A DNA stretch of 64,000 nt from Chthoniobacterales bacterium (GCA_019747735.1 JAIEQL010000014.1:5101-69100), one strand, 5' to 3'. Shown: positions 27,449 to 36,000, counted from the first letter of the stretch. The notes: generated by a model not told the origin, from the sequence alone. Translations and numbers: made by a program.

Positions 27449-28354
27449 ATGAACTCCCATCTTTTAAAAAAATTTTCTATTCCTAACAAAATTACTCTTT
27501 CTCAAGATGCACACGGCTTTTGGAGAGCAGCTGTCACAACGCCTCTGAGTACTGCTGAAATTTACTTACAGGGAGCCCATGTGACGGCTTTTCAAAAAAA
27601 GGGAGAAGAGCCGCTTCTTTTTATGAGTGCTTCTCATCGGATGGACCGCGCTCATATGTTGCATGGCGGCATTCCACTTTGTTTCCCCTGGTTTGGTAAT
27701 CGTGAGGCAGAGCTACTCTCTCATGGTTTTGCTCGCATCAACTTGTGGGATTTAGTGGAAACTAAAGAGCTTTCTGAAAACGAAGTGTCGCTCCGTTTTC
27801 AACTTCCTCATGCTGTGCTAATAGCTGCTGGTTGGCCTCCTCTCACTGCGGAGCTCACGGTTATTGTTGGTGGAGCATTGACGCTCGAACTCAGGGTCCA
27901 TAACACAACCGAGGAACATTTTCTCTACGAAGAGTGCTTTCATTCTTATTTTTTGGTAAGCGACATTAGCAAAGCCACTATCCATGGGCTTTGCGGACTG
28001 ACTTATCTCGACAAAGTAGAAGACCTTGTGGCAAAGGTGGAGTCTTTTGAAGCGCTTCCCATCAAAGGAGAAATCAATCGTATTTATCTCAATTCAACAG
28101 GGTCCCTTGAGATTCATGATGCCGGCTTCCAGCGGATCATTCGTATTGAGAAAACTAACTCTCGTTCCACGGTGGTTTGGAATCCATGGAAGGAAAAAGC
28201 AAGAACCATTCCTGATTTTGAGGCCAATGATTATCAAAAGATGCTTTGTGTTGAGTCAGGAAACATCAGGGAGTTTGGATGCAAACTGGCTCCTGGAGAG
28301 GCAGCGACGATGCAAGCTAGGCTGAGCACTTTGAGGCTTATAACATCTTATTAG
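27449..28354 (+). CDS. D-hexose-6-phosphate mutarotase (aldose 1-epimerase family, YeaD-like)
   Basis: 301 aa. HGGIPLCFPWFG, VVWNPW and CVESGN blocks typical of glucose-6-phosphate 1-epimerases. Confidence 0.82.
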   Translation: MNSHLLKKFSIPNKITLSQDAHGFWRAAVTTPLSTAEIYLQGAHVTAFQKKGEEPLLFMSASHRMDRAHMLHGGIPLCFPWFGNREAELLSHGFARINLWDLVETKELSENEVSLRFQLPHAVLIAAGWPPLTAELTVIVGGALTLELRVHNTTEEHFLYEECFHSYFLVSDISKATIHGLCGLTYLDKVEDLVAKVESFEALPIKGEINRIYLNSTGSLEIHDAGFQRIIRIEKTNSRSTVVWNPWKEKARTIPDFEANDYQKMLCVESGNIREFGCKLAPGEAATMQARLSTLRLITSY

Positions 28355-28442
28355 AGCATTTTAAATAAAACTACAGCCATTTTAGAGCATCATTAAAAAT
28401 TTTTGTAGTCGATGCAGTGCCAGGAGCTGAGGCTCTCAGATA
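28351..28442. mobile_element. MITE-like element, family B, truncated copy B1
   Basis: The first ~92 nt are identical to B2 (35825..) up to caggagctgaggc, then unrelated sequence. The mutarotase stop codon TAG (28352-28354) lies inside the element terminus ttagagcat. Confidence 0.75.
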
Positions 28443-28518
28443 GAGAAGAAAAGAGTGATTTCACAGCTTGCCAGCGGAGGCTGCTGACGTTAGCTTTTTC
28501 TTCTTTTTTATCTATCTT

Positions 28519-29514
28519 ATGAAGAACGCTTCTGCTCCCATTTCTGCCTTTATCAATCATCATTTCCGCCATTTCAATGCTGCTACATTGAAAGATGCCG
28601 CTCATGGCTATCAGGCACATCTAACTCAAGGAGGAAAAATGTTTCTCACCTTGGCAGGGGCCATGAGTACAGCGGAGTTGGGGCTCTCGCTGGCAGAGAT
28701 GATTCGGCAGGGTAAAGTCCATGCGATTTGTTGCACCGGGGCTAATTTGGAAGAGGATATTTTTAACCTAGTAGCCCACGATTATTACGAGCGCGTTCCG
28801 CATTATCGCGATCTTACCCCAGCTGATGAGCAACGACTTCTTGAGCGCCACATGAATCGCGTCACCGATACCTGCATTCCCGAGATGGAAGCAATGCGTC
28901 GCATTGAGAGCGCTGTGCTGGAAGAGTGGGTGAAGGCGGATCAAGCAGGGGAGCGCTATTTTCCTCATGAGTTTATGTACAAAATTCTGCTCAGTGAAAA
29001 ATTAAAAGAGAGTTATCAAATTGATCCGGCCAACAGTTGGATGCTTGCTGCCGCCCAGCAGAATCTTCCACTCTTTGTTCCTGGTTGGGAAGATGCCACT
29101 CTGGGAAATATGTATGCGGGGCATTGCATGAGTGGTGATGTGAAAAATGTCCATACTGTGCGCACCGGCATTGAATATATGATGGCGCTGGCACAATGGT
29201 ATACACACCAAGCAAAACCAATCGGAGAAAATGGATCTATCGGATTTTTCCAAATCGGCGGGGGCATCGCTGGTGACTTTCCTATTTGTGTGGTGCCGAT
29301 GCTCCATCAAGATCTTCAAAGAACGGAAGTTCCGCTTTGGGGTTACTTCTGCCAGATTAGCGACTCCACCACGAGCTACGGAAGCTATTCGGGCGCGGTT
29401 CCTAATGAAAAAATTACTTGGGGAAAATTGGGCGTTAGCACCCCAAAATACATCATTGAATCAGATGCCTCGATTGTGGCGCCACTTATCTTTGCCATGA
29501 TTCTTGGATGGTAG
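28519..29514 (+). CDS. Deoxyhypusine synthase-like protein (homospermidine synthase-like family)
   Basis: LTLAGAMSTAELG, CTGANLEEDIFNLV and ISDSTTSYGSYSGA..EKITWGK blocks. The track start 28468 is a TTG. ATG at 28519 (MKNASAP) gives 331 aa. Confidence 0.85.
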   Translation: MKNASAPISAFINHHFRHFNAATLKDAAHGYQAHLTQGGKMFLTLAGAMSTAELGLSLAEMIRQGKVHAICCTGANLEEDIFNLVAHDYYERVPHYRDLTPADEQRLLERHMNRVTDTCIPEMEAMRRIESAVLEEWVKADQAGERYFPHEFMYKILLSEKLKESYQIDPANSWMLAAAQQNLPLFVPGWEDATLGNMYAGHCMSGDVKNVHTVRTGIEYMMALAQWYTHQAKPIGENGSIGFFQIGGGIAGDFPICVVPMLHQDLQRTEVPLWGYFCQISDSTTSYGSYSGAVPNEKITWGKLGVSTPKYIIESDASIVAPLIFAMILGW

Positions 29515-29659
29515 GAAGAGGGGCTCAAATTCTACTGATGCAGCGCAGAACTGTGTCGCGTCGGTGCTCGCACCCTCGAGTATTTCCATATACACTCAGT
29601 TGCTGCGCGCCGCCGCTCTTTGTTCTTCATCTGCCTTAGCGAATTTTAACACCCTCTTC
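29515..29659. mobile_element. MITE-like element, diverged family-A relative (A4)
   Basis: Termini gaagaggggctcaaattc / gaattttaacaccctcttc are imperfect inverted repeats. The core gtgctcgcaccctcgagtatttccatatacact aligns with the family A core. It starts 1 nt after the DHS-like stop codon. Confidence 0.65.
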
Positions 29660-29702
29660 ATCTTCATTGTCGAAAAGAGTTTTTTCGCGGTGATCTCAAT
29701 TC

Positions 29703-29769
29703 TGACAACCGACAACTGACAACCTTTCCTTCAATCGTGCTCCTACAGCCTACAGCCTACAGCCTACAG
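29703..29769 (+). repeat. Two heptanucleotide tandem arrays in the murC-murB leader: (t/c)gacaac x3 and cctacag x4
   Basis: tgacaac cgacaac tgacaac at 29703-29723, and cctacag x4 (perfect) at 29742-29769. The second array is inside the GTG-started ORF but upstream of the alternative TTG start at 29776. Confidence 0.8.
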
Positions 29770-32046
29770 CCTCTCTTGCTCGACAACGGCCCGCTTACCA
29801 TTCATCTGATCGGTGTTGCTGGTTCAGGGATGAGTGGGCTAGCTTCTTTGCTCTTAGCCTTGGGGCATCGTGTGACTGGCTCTGATCGTGTGACCAGTGA
29901 AGAGGTAGAGCGGTTGTGTAAATTGGGATTAAAGTTTTCAATGTCTCATTCTGCAAGTGATGCCGCAGAAGCAGATCTTGTAGTTTATTCTTCGGCGATT
30001 CATGCAGGGAATGCGACTTTTGATGAAGCAAAGCGTCTTGAAAAAAAAATGGCACGACGTGCGGAGGTCCTTGCAGCTTTGATGATGAGGAAAAAAGGGA
30101 TTCTTGTCTGTGGGATGCATGGAAAAACCACAACTTCTTCGCTCTTAGCACACGTTCTCAATGAAGGCGGCCTCCATCCTTCTCACTATGTGGGAGCGGA
30201 GATTCCGATCTTGGGGACTAATGCTCGTTGGAACACTCAAGGAGACTATTTTGTAGCAGAAGGGGATGAGAGTGATGGGACTTTAGTAAACTACCTTCCT
30301 GAGCAGGCGATTGTTCTGAACATTGAGCCCGAGCATCTCGATTTTTATAAAAACTTAGAAGCTATTGATGCTGTCTATTCGCGCTTGGTGACTCAAACGA
30401 AAGGTCCCGTTTTTTATTGGCTTGACGATCCAGGTGCAGCTAGGGTTTGTGCTGATCATCCTAAAGCTATCCCTGTTGGAAAAAGCGAAGGAGCTCTTTA
30501 TCGCTATGAAAGTTTAAAGCAGGAGCGTTACGCTTCTAGCTTTGAGGTCATTGCAAAAAATAAAGTTATCGGCTCTGTGAAGTTGAATATTCCCGGTGTT
30601 CACAATGTACATAATGCCCTTCTTGTTATTGCACTTGCTTTGGAGCTTGGAGTCCCTTTTGAATTTATTCAAGTAGCTCTTAAAAAATTTTGCGGAGCTA
30701 AGCGACGCTTTGAGCTCAAGTACGAGGGCGAAGAATTTTTGCTTTTCGATGATTATGGGCATCATCCCACAGAGATTGCAGCAACCTTGGCAACCGCTCG
30801 TACTTTATTGGAAGAAAGAGGCTTAGCAGGACGTCTCGTTGTGCTTTTCCAGCCACATCGTTACTCGCGCACAGCGGCTTTTTGTCAGGAGTTTGGGAAG
30901 GTGTTGTTAAATGCAGATCTTGTATTTGTAACCGATATTTATCCTGCAAGCGAAGAGCCATTGCCAGGAGTTACCGGAGCCTCCATTGTCCAAGCAGCAG
31001 AATCACAGGGACACTTAGCCATTTTTTATTACCCCTTGGTAGAAGGGCTTAGAAAGCGGGTTGCGCCTCTATTGAAAGCAGGGGATATCATCCTCTCACT
31101 GGGAGCAGGAAATATTCACGAAGAAGGAACGCGTTTGGTGACTGATTTCAAAAAACGAGAGGAATTACTCTCCGTGATGGGTCCAGGCTCTATTGCCCTC
31201 TACGAGCCGCTGTCCCGCCATACGACATTACGTGTTGGTGGTCTTGCCCAATTTTGGGTGGAGCCAGAAACCGAAGAAGGATTTGCAAGGTTAGTGAAAT
31301 ATTGTACTGAGGAAAAAATACCACTCATGGTCATCGGACGTGGTTCGAACTTGCTCGTGCGCGATGGTGGCTTCTCTGGAGTTGTTGTCCATTTAGCTCG
31401 TGGGTGCTTTGCCAACTGTAGTGTGAAGGGAACGCATATTTATGCTGGTGTTGGGGTAAAATTAAAACAACTTAGTGGCGTTGCCCGTCAGGCCGAATTG
31501 GGAGGGTTTGAATGGATGGAAGGGATTCCAGGAAACGTTGGAGGAAGCCTTCGCATGAATGCAGGAGCTATGGGGCAGGAGACGATGGCCCAAGTAACCA
31601 TGATTCGTTATGTGACAACACAAGGTGAAATTAAGGAATGGCTTCCTCCTTTTGCCGATATTCATTACCGTGATGTTTCTTTTTTTAAAAACAACTATGC
31701 TCTCGCAGCTACCTTTCAAGGGTATCCCGAAAAGCTTAACAAAATAGAAGCAGCTTTAGAACAGTCGTGGAAGCATCGCCGTGAGACGCAGCCTATTGCC
31801 GCGAGTGCAGGGTGTATTTTTAAAAATCCTAGGAAAATTTCTGCAGGACGCCTCATTGAAGAGCTAGGGCTCAAAAACCATACTGTTGGCAAAGCTCGTG
31901 TTTCTGAGATTCATGGAAATTTTATTGTCAATGATGGAGGGGCAACGGCTCGAGAAGTGCTTCAGGTAATAGAGGATGTCAAGCGTGTCGCCCTGCAAGA
32001 ACGCGGTATTGTTTTAGAAACAGAAGTGCAGATTGTGGGAGAGTAA
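29737..32046 (+). CDS. murC: Fused UDP-N-acetylmuramate--L-alanine ligase (MurC) / UDP-N-acetylenolpyruvoylglucosamine reductase (MurB)
   Basis: 769 aa. MurC part IHLIGVAGSGMSGLA, Mur-ligase P-loop GMHGKTTTSS, DDYGHHPTEI. MurB part from about 31160: LSRHTTLRVGG, GRGSNLLV, AGCIFKNP. The start is uncertain (GTG 29737 or TTG 29776). Confidence 0.9.
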   Translation: MLLQPTAYSLQPLLLDNGPLTIHLIGVAGSGMSGLASLLLALGHRVTGSDRVTSEEVERLCKLGLKFSMSHSASDAAEADLVVYSSAIHAGNATFDEAKRLEKKMARRAEVLAALMMRKKGILVCGMHGKTTTSSLLAHVLNEGGLHPSHYVGAEIPILGTNARWNTQGDYFVAEGDESDGTLVNYLPEQAIVLNIEPEHLDFYKNLEAIDAVYSRLVTQTKGPVFYWLDDPGAARVCADHPKAIPVGKSEGALYRYESLKQERYASSFEVIAKNKVIGSVKLNIPGVHNVHNALLVIALALELGVPFEFIQVALKKFCGAKRRFELKYEGEEFLLFDDYGHHPTEIAATLATARTLLEERGLAGRLVVLFQPHRYSRTAAFCQEFGKVLLNADLVFVTDIYPASEEPLPGVTGASIVQAAESQGHLAIFYYPLVEGLRKRVAPLLKAGDIILSLGAGNIHEEGTRLVTDFKKREELLSVMGPGSIALYEPLSRHTTLRVGGLAQFWVEPETEEGFARLVKYCTEEKIPLMVIGRGSNLLVRDGGFSGVVVHLARGCFANCSVKGTHIYAGVGVKLKQLSGVARQAELGGFEWMEGIPGNVGGSLRMNAGAMGQETMAQVTMIRYVTTQGEIKEWLPPFADIHYRDVSFFKNNYALAATFQGYPEKLNKIEAALEQSWKHRRETQPIAASAGCIFKNPRKISAGRLIEELGLKNHTVGKARVSEIHGNFIVNDGGATAREVLQVIEDVKRVALQERGIVLETEVQIVGE

Positions 32047-32109
32047 GCTTTGTAAAGCAAAGCCAGTTGGCGGTTGCTTCGCGGTGAGGTTTTTCGTGAG
32101 CAAAGTGTG

Positions 32110-32205
32110 CAAAGGGGTCAGTTCCGTTATTTGGATAATTTGGTGCCAGTCTGGATATAGCTGAACTGGCACCAAATTATCCAAATAACGGAACTGACCC
32201 CTTTG
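32110..32205. repeat. 96-bp perfect palindromic element (41-bp arms, 14-nt loop) between convergent murC-murB and the L,D-transpeptidase gene
   Basis: caaaggggtcagttccgttatttggataatttggtgccagt (32110-32150) and its exact reverse complement (32165-32205). It is followed by the partial direct repeat ctgacccctttg. Confidence 0.85.
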
Positions 32206-32223
32206 TCTGACCCCTTTGTCTTC

Positions 32224-32778
32224 TTATTGGGATATCCCTTGGACTTTTTTAACAACCTCCACCTCGGCGCCTTTTCCCACTTTTTCATAGAGCGCAATGA
32301 CGTCAGTAGAGCTCATGCGAATGCATCCAAAGCTTGCTGGTTTTCCAAGGGAGTGCTCTTGAGTGGTCCCATGAATGTAGATGTAACGGGCAAAAGCATT
32401 TTTATTTTGAGGCTCTTTTCCATGCAGCCATAAAAGACGGGTTACTATGGGGTCACGGCCAGGAGTATTTGGTAGGAGAATCTCACCTGTTGGCTTGCGG
32501 TCTTTGAAAGCCATTCCAAGGGGCATTCCTGTTCCTATTTTTTTAGCGATGTAAAGATGACCCAGTGGAGTTTTGTAACTACCCATCTCATCTCCCACGC
32601 CATACTTAGAAGTAGAGATAGGATAAACAGCGATCTGGTTTCCATCTTCAAAGAAGATCATTTTTTGATCTGCAATACTCACCAGCAATTTGTGATGCAT
32701 ATCGGGAGCGCAAGCAACGAGGAGGAAGCAGAACGCAGTAAAGAGTGAAGAGTAAAGAGTGAAGGGTGATTTAGTCAT
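32224..32778 (-). CDS. L,D-transpeptidase (YkuD domain) lipoprotein
   Basis: Catalytic motif YIHGTTQEHSLGKPASFGCIRM. ATG at 32778 gives MTKSPFTLYSSLFTAFCFLLVACAP (lipobox LVAC). The track GTG start 32808 lies in a heptamer repeat tract. Confidence 0.88.
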   Translation of the reverse strand: MTKSPFTLYSSLFTAFCFLLVACAPDMHHKLLVSIADQKMIFFEDGNQIAVYPISTSKYGVGDEMGSYKTPLGHLYIAKKIGTGMPLGMAFKDRKPTGEILLPNTPGRDPIVTRLLWLHGKEPQNKNAFARYIYIHGTTQEHSLGKPASFGCIRMSSTDVIALYEKVGKGAEVEVVKKVQGISQ

Positions 32779-32907
32779 GGCGTTGTGATGACAGTTGTCG
32801 GTTGTCACTTAAAAAATCTCGCCGTTGGCCAAAAAATGAAAATAAAACGCAAGCAACGCAGTGTAAACTGATAGCTTAAACTCAAATTTTCACTACGAAG
32901 CATCTCT

Positions 32908-33717
32908 TCACTCTTCACTGTCATTATCATTCCCCAAATACGCACTGATCACGGCAGGATTTGTTTTGATTTGGGAAGGAGCTCCATCAGCGATCAGAGA
33001 GCCAAAATTGAGCACTAGCAATCGGTTGCACAGCTCCATGATGAAGGGAAGATGATGCTCTATAATGAGTAGTGTGGAGGAAAATTCTTTTTGAATCCAA
33101 CGAAGGAGTTCCATTATTTTTGCCGCTTCTGTGCTGTTCATGCCTGCTACTGGCTCATCAAGCAAAAGAAGGCGAGGGTTCAAGGCAAGAGCACGTGCTA
33201 TTTCAAGACGACGCTGAAAACCGTATGGCAGGCTACTTGCGGGTTCATGAGCTACGTCGGTCATTTCAAACATAGCGAGCAAATCCATGGCTGCTGCTAT
33301 TGATTTTTTTTCTTGGAGGTTTTTTTGAGAAAAAGAAAACAAGGATCCCAATACGCTATAAGTTAGCTGAGAATCATAAGCAATCTGGATATTTTCTAAG
33401 ACGCTGAGTTGCTTAAAGAGTCTTATGTTTTGAAAAGTACGAGCAATGCCTAAACGGGCCAACTGTGCCCCACTTTTTTTCTCAATGGGATGACCTTGCC
33501 ACAAAATGATTCCTGAGCTTGCTGGAACCATGCCTGTAATCAAATTAAACAAGGTTGTCTTACCAGCTCCGTTGGGACCGATAATGCCAAGGCATTCCTT
33601 CTCATTAATATGAAATGAGAGGTCAATGATACTTTGCTGACCTCCAAAATTTTTATGGAGATGACAGGCTTGGAGAAGGGGTTGAGGAAAATTCACAAGG
33701 ATAGAAGTAACTGCCAA
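32908..33717 (-). CDS. livG: Branched-chain amino acid ABC transporter ATP-binding protein LivG-like
   Basis: Walker A GPNGAGKTT, signature LPYGFQRRLEIARAL and Walker B LLLLDEP. The TTG start (33717) and alternative GTG (33696) both lie inside the terminal repeat of the element at 33688..33949. Confidence 0.88.
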   Translation of the reverse strand: MAVTSILVNFPQPLLQACHLHKNFGGQQSIIDLSFHINEKECLGIIGPNGAGKTTLFNLITGMVPASSGIILWQGHPIEKKSGAQLARLGIARTFQNIRLFKQLSVLENIQIAYDSQLTYSVLGSLFSFSQKNLQEKKSIAAAMDLLAMFEMTDVAHEPASSLPYGFQRRLEIARALALNPRLLLLDEPVAGMNSTEAAKIMELLRWIQKEFSSTLLIIEHHLPFIMELCNRLLVLNFGSLIADGAPSQIKTNPAVISAYLGNDNDSEE

Positions 33718-33949
33718 CGTAATCGAAGCAGGAAGGAATTCACCACAAAGATCACAAAGCCGCTAAAGCGGCACACAAAGAACACAAGAATAAAATTTTT
33801 TATAAAACACCTTAACGTTCTTAGCATTACAAGAGCAGATAAAATTGAAAGTTCGGAAAATGATAAGTGCAGGAAATTAAAAGAAGATATGGTGAATTCT
33901 TTTTTGAAATAAAATGACGTTAGTGGTCACTTCTATCCCTGTGAATTTT
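33688..33949. mobile_element. MITE-like element, family F relative (F2), inserted at the livM-livG junction
   Basis: aaaattcacaaggatagaagtaac (33688-33711) against the reverse complement of gtcacttctatccctgtgaatttt (33926-33949): 22/24 match. The interior carries the nested inverted repeat gaattcacc / ggtgaattc. Confidence 0.7.
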
Positions 33950-34792
33950 TACCCAGGACCACTCTCGAAAGCCCATGATTCCTCGTGGGCGAAAGAGCAT
34001 CAATAAAACAAGCAAGAATGGCATGACGACCATCCGCCAAATACCGAGTGGTTGCAATAGTTGATTAAGAAGGGTGAAAATAGTTGCCCCAGCCAAAGAG
34101 CCAGAGAGTGAGGCAACACCACCAAGATAAACCATGACTAAAATATCTGTGGATTTTAAAATATCAAAGGAGCTGGGATTGATGAATTGAAGCTGATGTG
34201 CAAAGAGGGCCCCTGCAACTCCTGCAACAAAAGAGGAAATCATAAAGGTCATCATTTTGGCAGAGCGTGTTGCCACTCCCATTGCTTCTGCTGCTATTTC
34301 ATCTTCACGAATAGCCATGATGCAGCGTCCCCATTTGGAATAAATAAAGTTGCGAAGACATAGAAAGCAAACCACTCCCCAAAAGAGAGTCCATGGTAAG
34401 TTGGTGAGGTGGGGTATTCCTAAAAATCCTCGAGAAGCACCCACATAGGAAATATTTTCTAAACCTGATTTAACAATCATTAAAAAAGCTAATGTAATGA
34501 TAGCAAGATAATCTCCGCGTGTTTTAAAAGATAAAAAAGCGAGAGGAATACCAGCAAGCGCTGCCGTGGCACCACCGATGAGCACTGCCATTGGAAAAAG
34601 AAAAAGTGGGGGAAGAGTGGGTGCTATTTTTACCGTGATGATCGCGGAGCTATAAGCGCCAAGGGCCATAAAAGCAGCGTGGCCCACTGAAAATTCCCCC
34701 ATGTATCCATTCACTAAATTGAGGCTCAAACAAAGAATCGCATTAATGATGAGGGTAATGAGAATGAAAATGAGGTAGTCATTGAGAATCAT
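33920..34792 (-). CDS. livM: Branched-chain amino acid ABC transporter permease LivM-like
   Basis: 290 aa polytopic membrane protein with family-typical GYMGEFSVGHAAFMALGAY. The last ~9 codons (KIHRDRSDH-stop) are read from the element terminal repeat. Confidence 0.85.
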   Translation of the reverse strand: MILNDYLIFILITLIINAILCLSLNLVNGYMGEFSVGHAAFMALGAYSSAIITVKIAPTLPPLFLFPMAVLIGGATAALAGIPLAFLSFKTRGDYLAIITLAFLMIVKSGLENISYVGASRGFLGIPHLTNLPWTLFWGVVCFLCLRNFIYSKWGRCIMAIREDEIAAEAMGVATRSAKMMTFMISSFVAGVAGALFAHQLQFINPSSFDILKSTDILVMVYLGGVASLSGSLAGATIFTLLNQLLQPLGIWRMVVMPFLLVLLMLFRPRGIMGFREWSWVKIHRDRSDH

Positions 34793-34814
34793 GGCAGTTA
34801 GAGAAAGGTATATC

Positions 34815-35690
34815 TTAACTTCTCACCACTTGGGGTTGGCCCAAAATGCCATAGGGTTTGAATACCAAGACAAGAAGCAAGAGTGAGTAGGCAACAAGAT
34901 CTCGATACGTCGAAGGAAGTAAGGAGACGGTAATGATTTCAGTGGCGCCGAGAAGGTAGGCTCCCAGGAGGGCTCCACGGATATTACCAATCCCACCAAT
35001 CACTGCTGCTACAAAGGCTTTCCAGCCGATGAGCATCCCCATTGAAGAAGAAATGACCGGATATGAGAGAGCGTATAGAAGCCCAGCAGCCCCTCCTAAG
35101 GCGGCTCCGAGAGCAAAGGTCATAGAAATAATTCTATTAGCAGGAATGCCTAGAAGAGAAACCATTAAGCGATCTGAGGAGAGAGCACGCATGGCAATGC
35201 CAAAGCGAGTAAAGCGAATAATAAAATCAAGAAGGATCATCAGCAAAAGAGAGATTCCAATCACAACAAGCTGCAATGAGGAAATAGTAATCCCATGAAA
35301 AGAAGTGATGCTGTTTTTTATCAAAGTTGGCATGTGGCGAGGGTAGGGACTTAAGGCTAGTGTGATGTTTTCAATAATAAGTCCACAACCAAGAGCTGTG
35401 ATCATTGCCGAAACACGAGGAGCATGACGAATAGGGCGGTAAGCACATAATTCGAGCAACACTCCTAACAAACTAGTTCCAAGCATGGTTAGTAACAGGG
35501 CCAGCCAAAAAGGGACGCGAATCATTTTTTCTAATAAAAAACAAAAAAAAGCCCCCACCATAAAAAGATCGCCATGGGCAAAATTGATCATCGTAAGCAC
35601 TCCATAGACCAAGCTGTATCCTAGTGCGATGAGGGCATAGATGGAGCCTAGTTGAAGAGCGTTGATGGCTTGTTGAGCAAAGTAATCCAT
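34815..35690 (-). CDS. livH: Branched-chain amino acid ABC transporter permease LivH-like
   Basis: MDYFAQQAINALQLGSIYALIALGYSLVYG is the canonical LivH N-terminus (ATG 35690). The track start 35711 is an upstream TTG. Confidence 0.88.
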   Translation of the reverse strand: MDYFAQQAINALQLGSIYALIALGYSLVYGVLTMINFAHGDLFMVGAFFCFLLEKMIRVPFWLALLLTMLGTSLLGVLLELCAYRPIRHAPRVSAMITALGCGLIIENITLALSPYPRHMPTLIKNSITSFHGITISSLQLVVIGISLLLMILLDFIIRFTRFGIAMRALSSDRLMVSLLGIPANRIISMTFALGAALGGAAGLLYALSYPVISSSMGMLIGWKAFVAAVIGGIGNIRGALLGAYLLGATEIITVSLLPSTYRDLVAYSLLLLVLVFKPYGILGQPQVVRS

Positions 35691-35824
35691 GGAGAAGAGT
35701 GTTAGTTGCAAGCGTTCCCGCTGTTGGGCAGAGCGATAAAAAGAACCAGTAAAAATTTCTAAAATTTATTTGAAAAAGGTATAAAGTTACAGGCTTCCTT
35801 CATGTATCAGCTGCGTAGACTTAC

Positions 35825-36000
35825 TTAGAGCATTTTAAATAAAACTACAGCCATTTTAGAGCATCATTAAAAATTTTTGTAGTCGATGCAGTGCCAGGAG
35901 CTGAGGCGCACAGCGAGGGAGTGTATAGCCAATACTCGATGGAGCGAGCACCGAAGCGACGACGCAATGAGCGGCTACAGAATTTTTTAATATGCTCTAA
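35825..36000. mobile_element. MITE-like element, family B, copy B2
   Basis: 176 bp. Termini ttagagcattttaaataaaactacagcc / ggctacagaattttttaatatgctctaa (imperfect TIR). It differs from B3 (53618..53793) at 2 positions by eye. Confidence 0.8.

Noticed and set aside
33634-33912. A 92-aa Lys/Arg-rich ORF in the livG-livM spacer.
   Set aside because: It lies entirely within the inserted repeat element on the opposite strand. Its low-complexity composition derives from cacaaag-type motifs.
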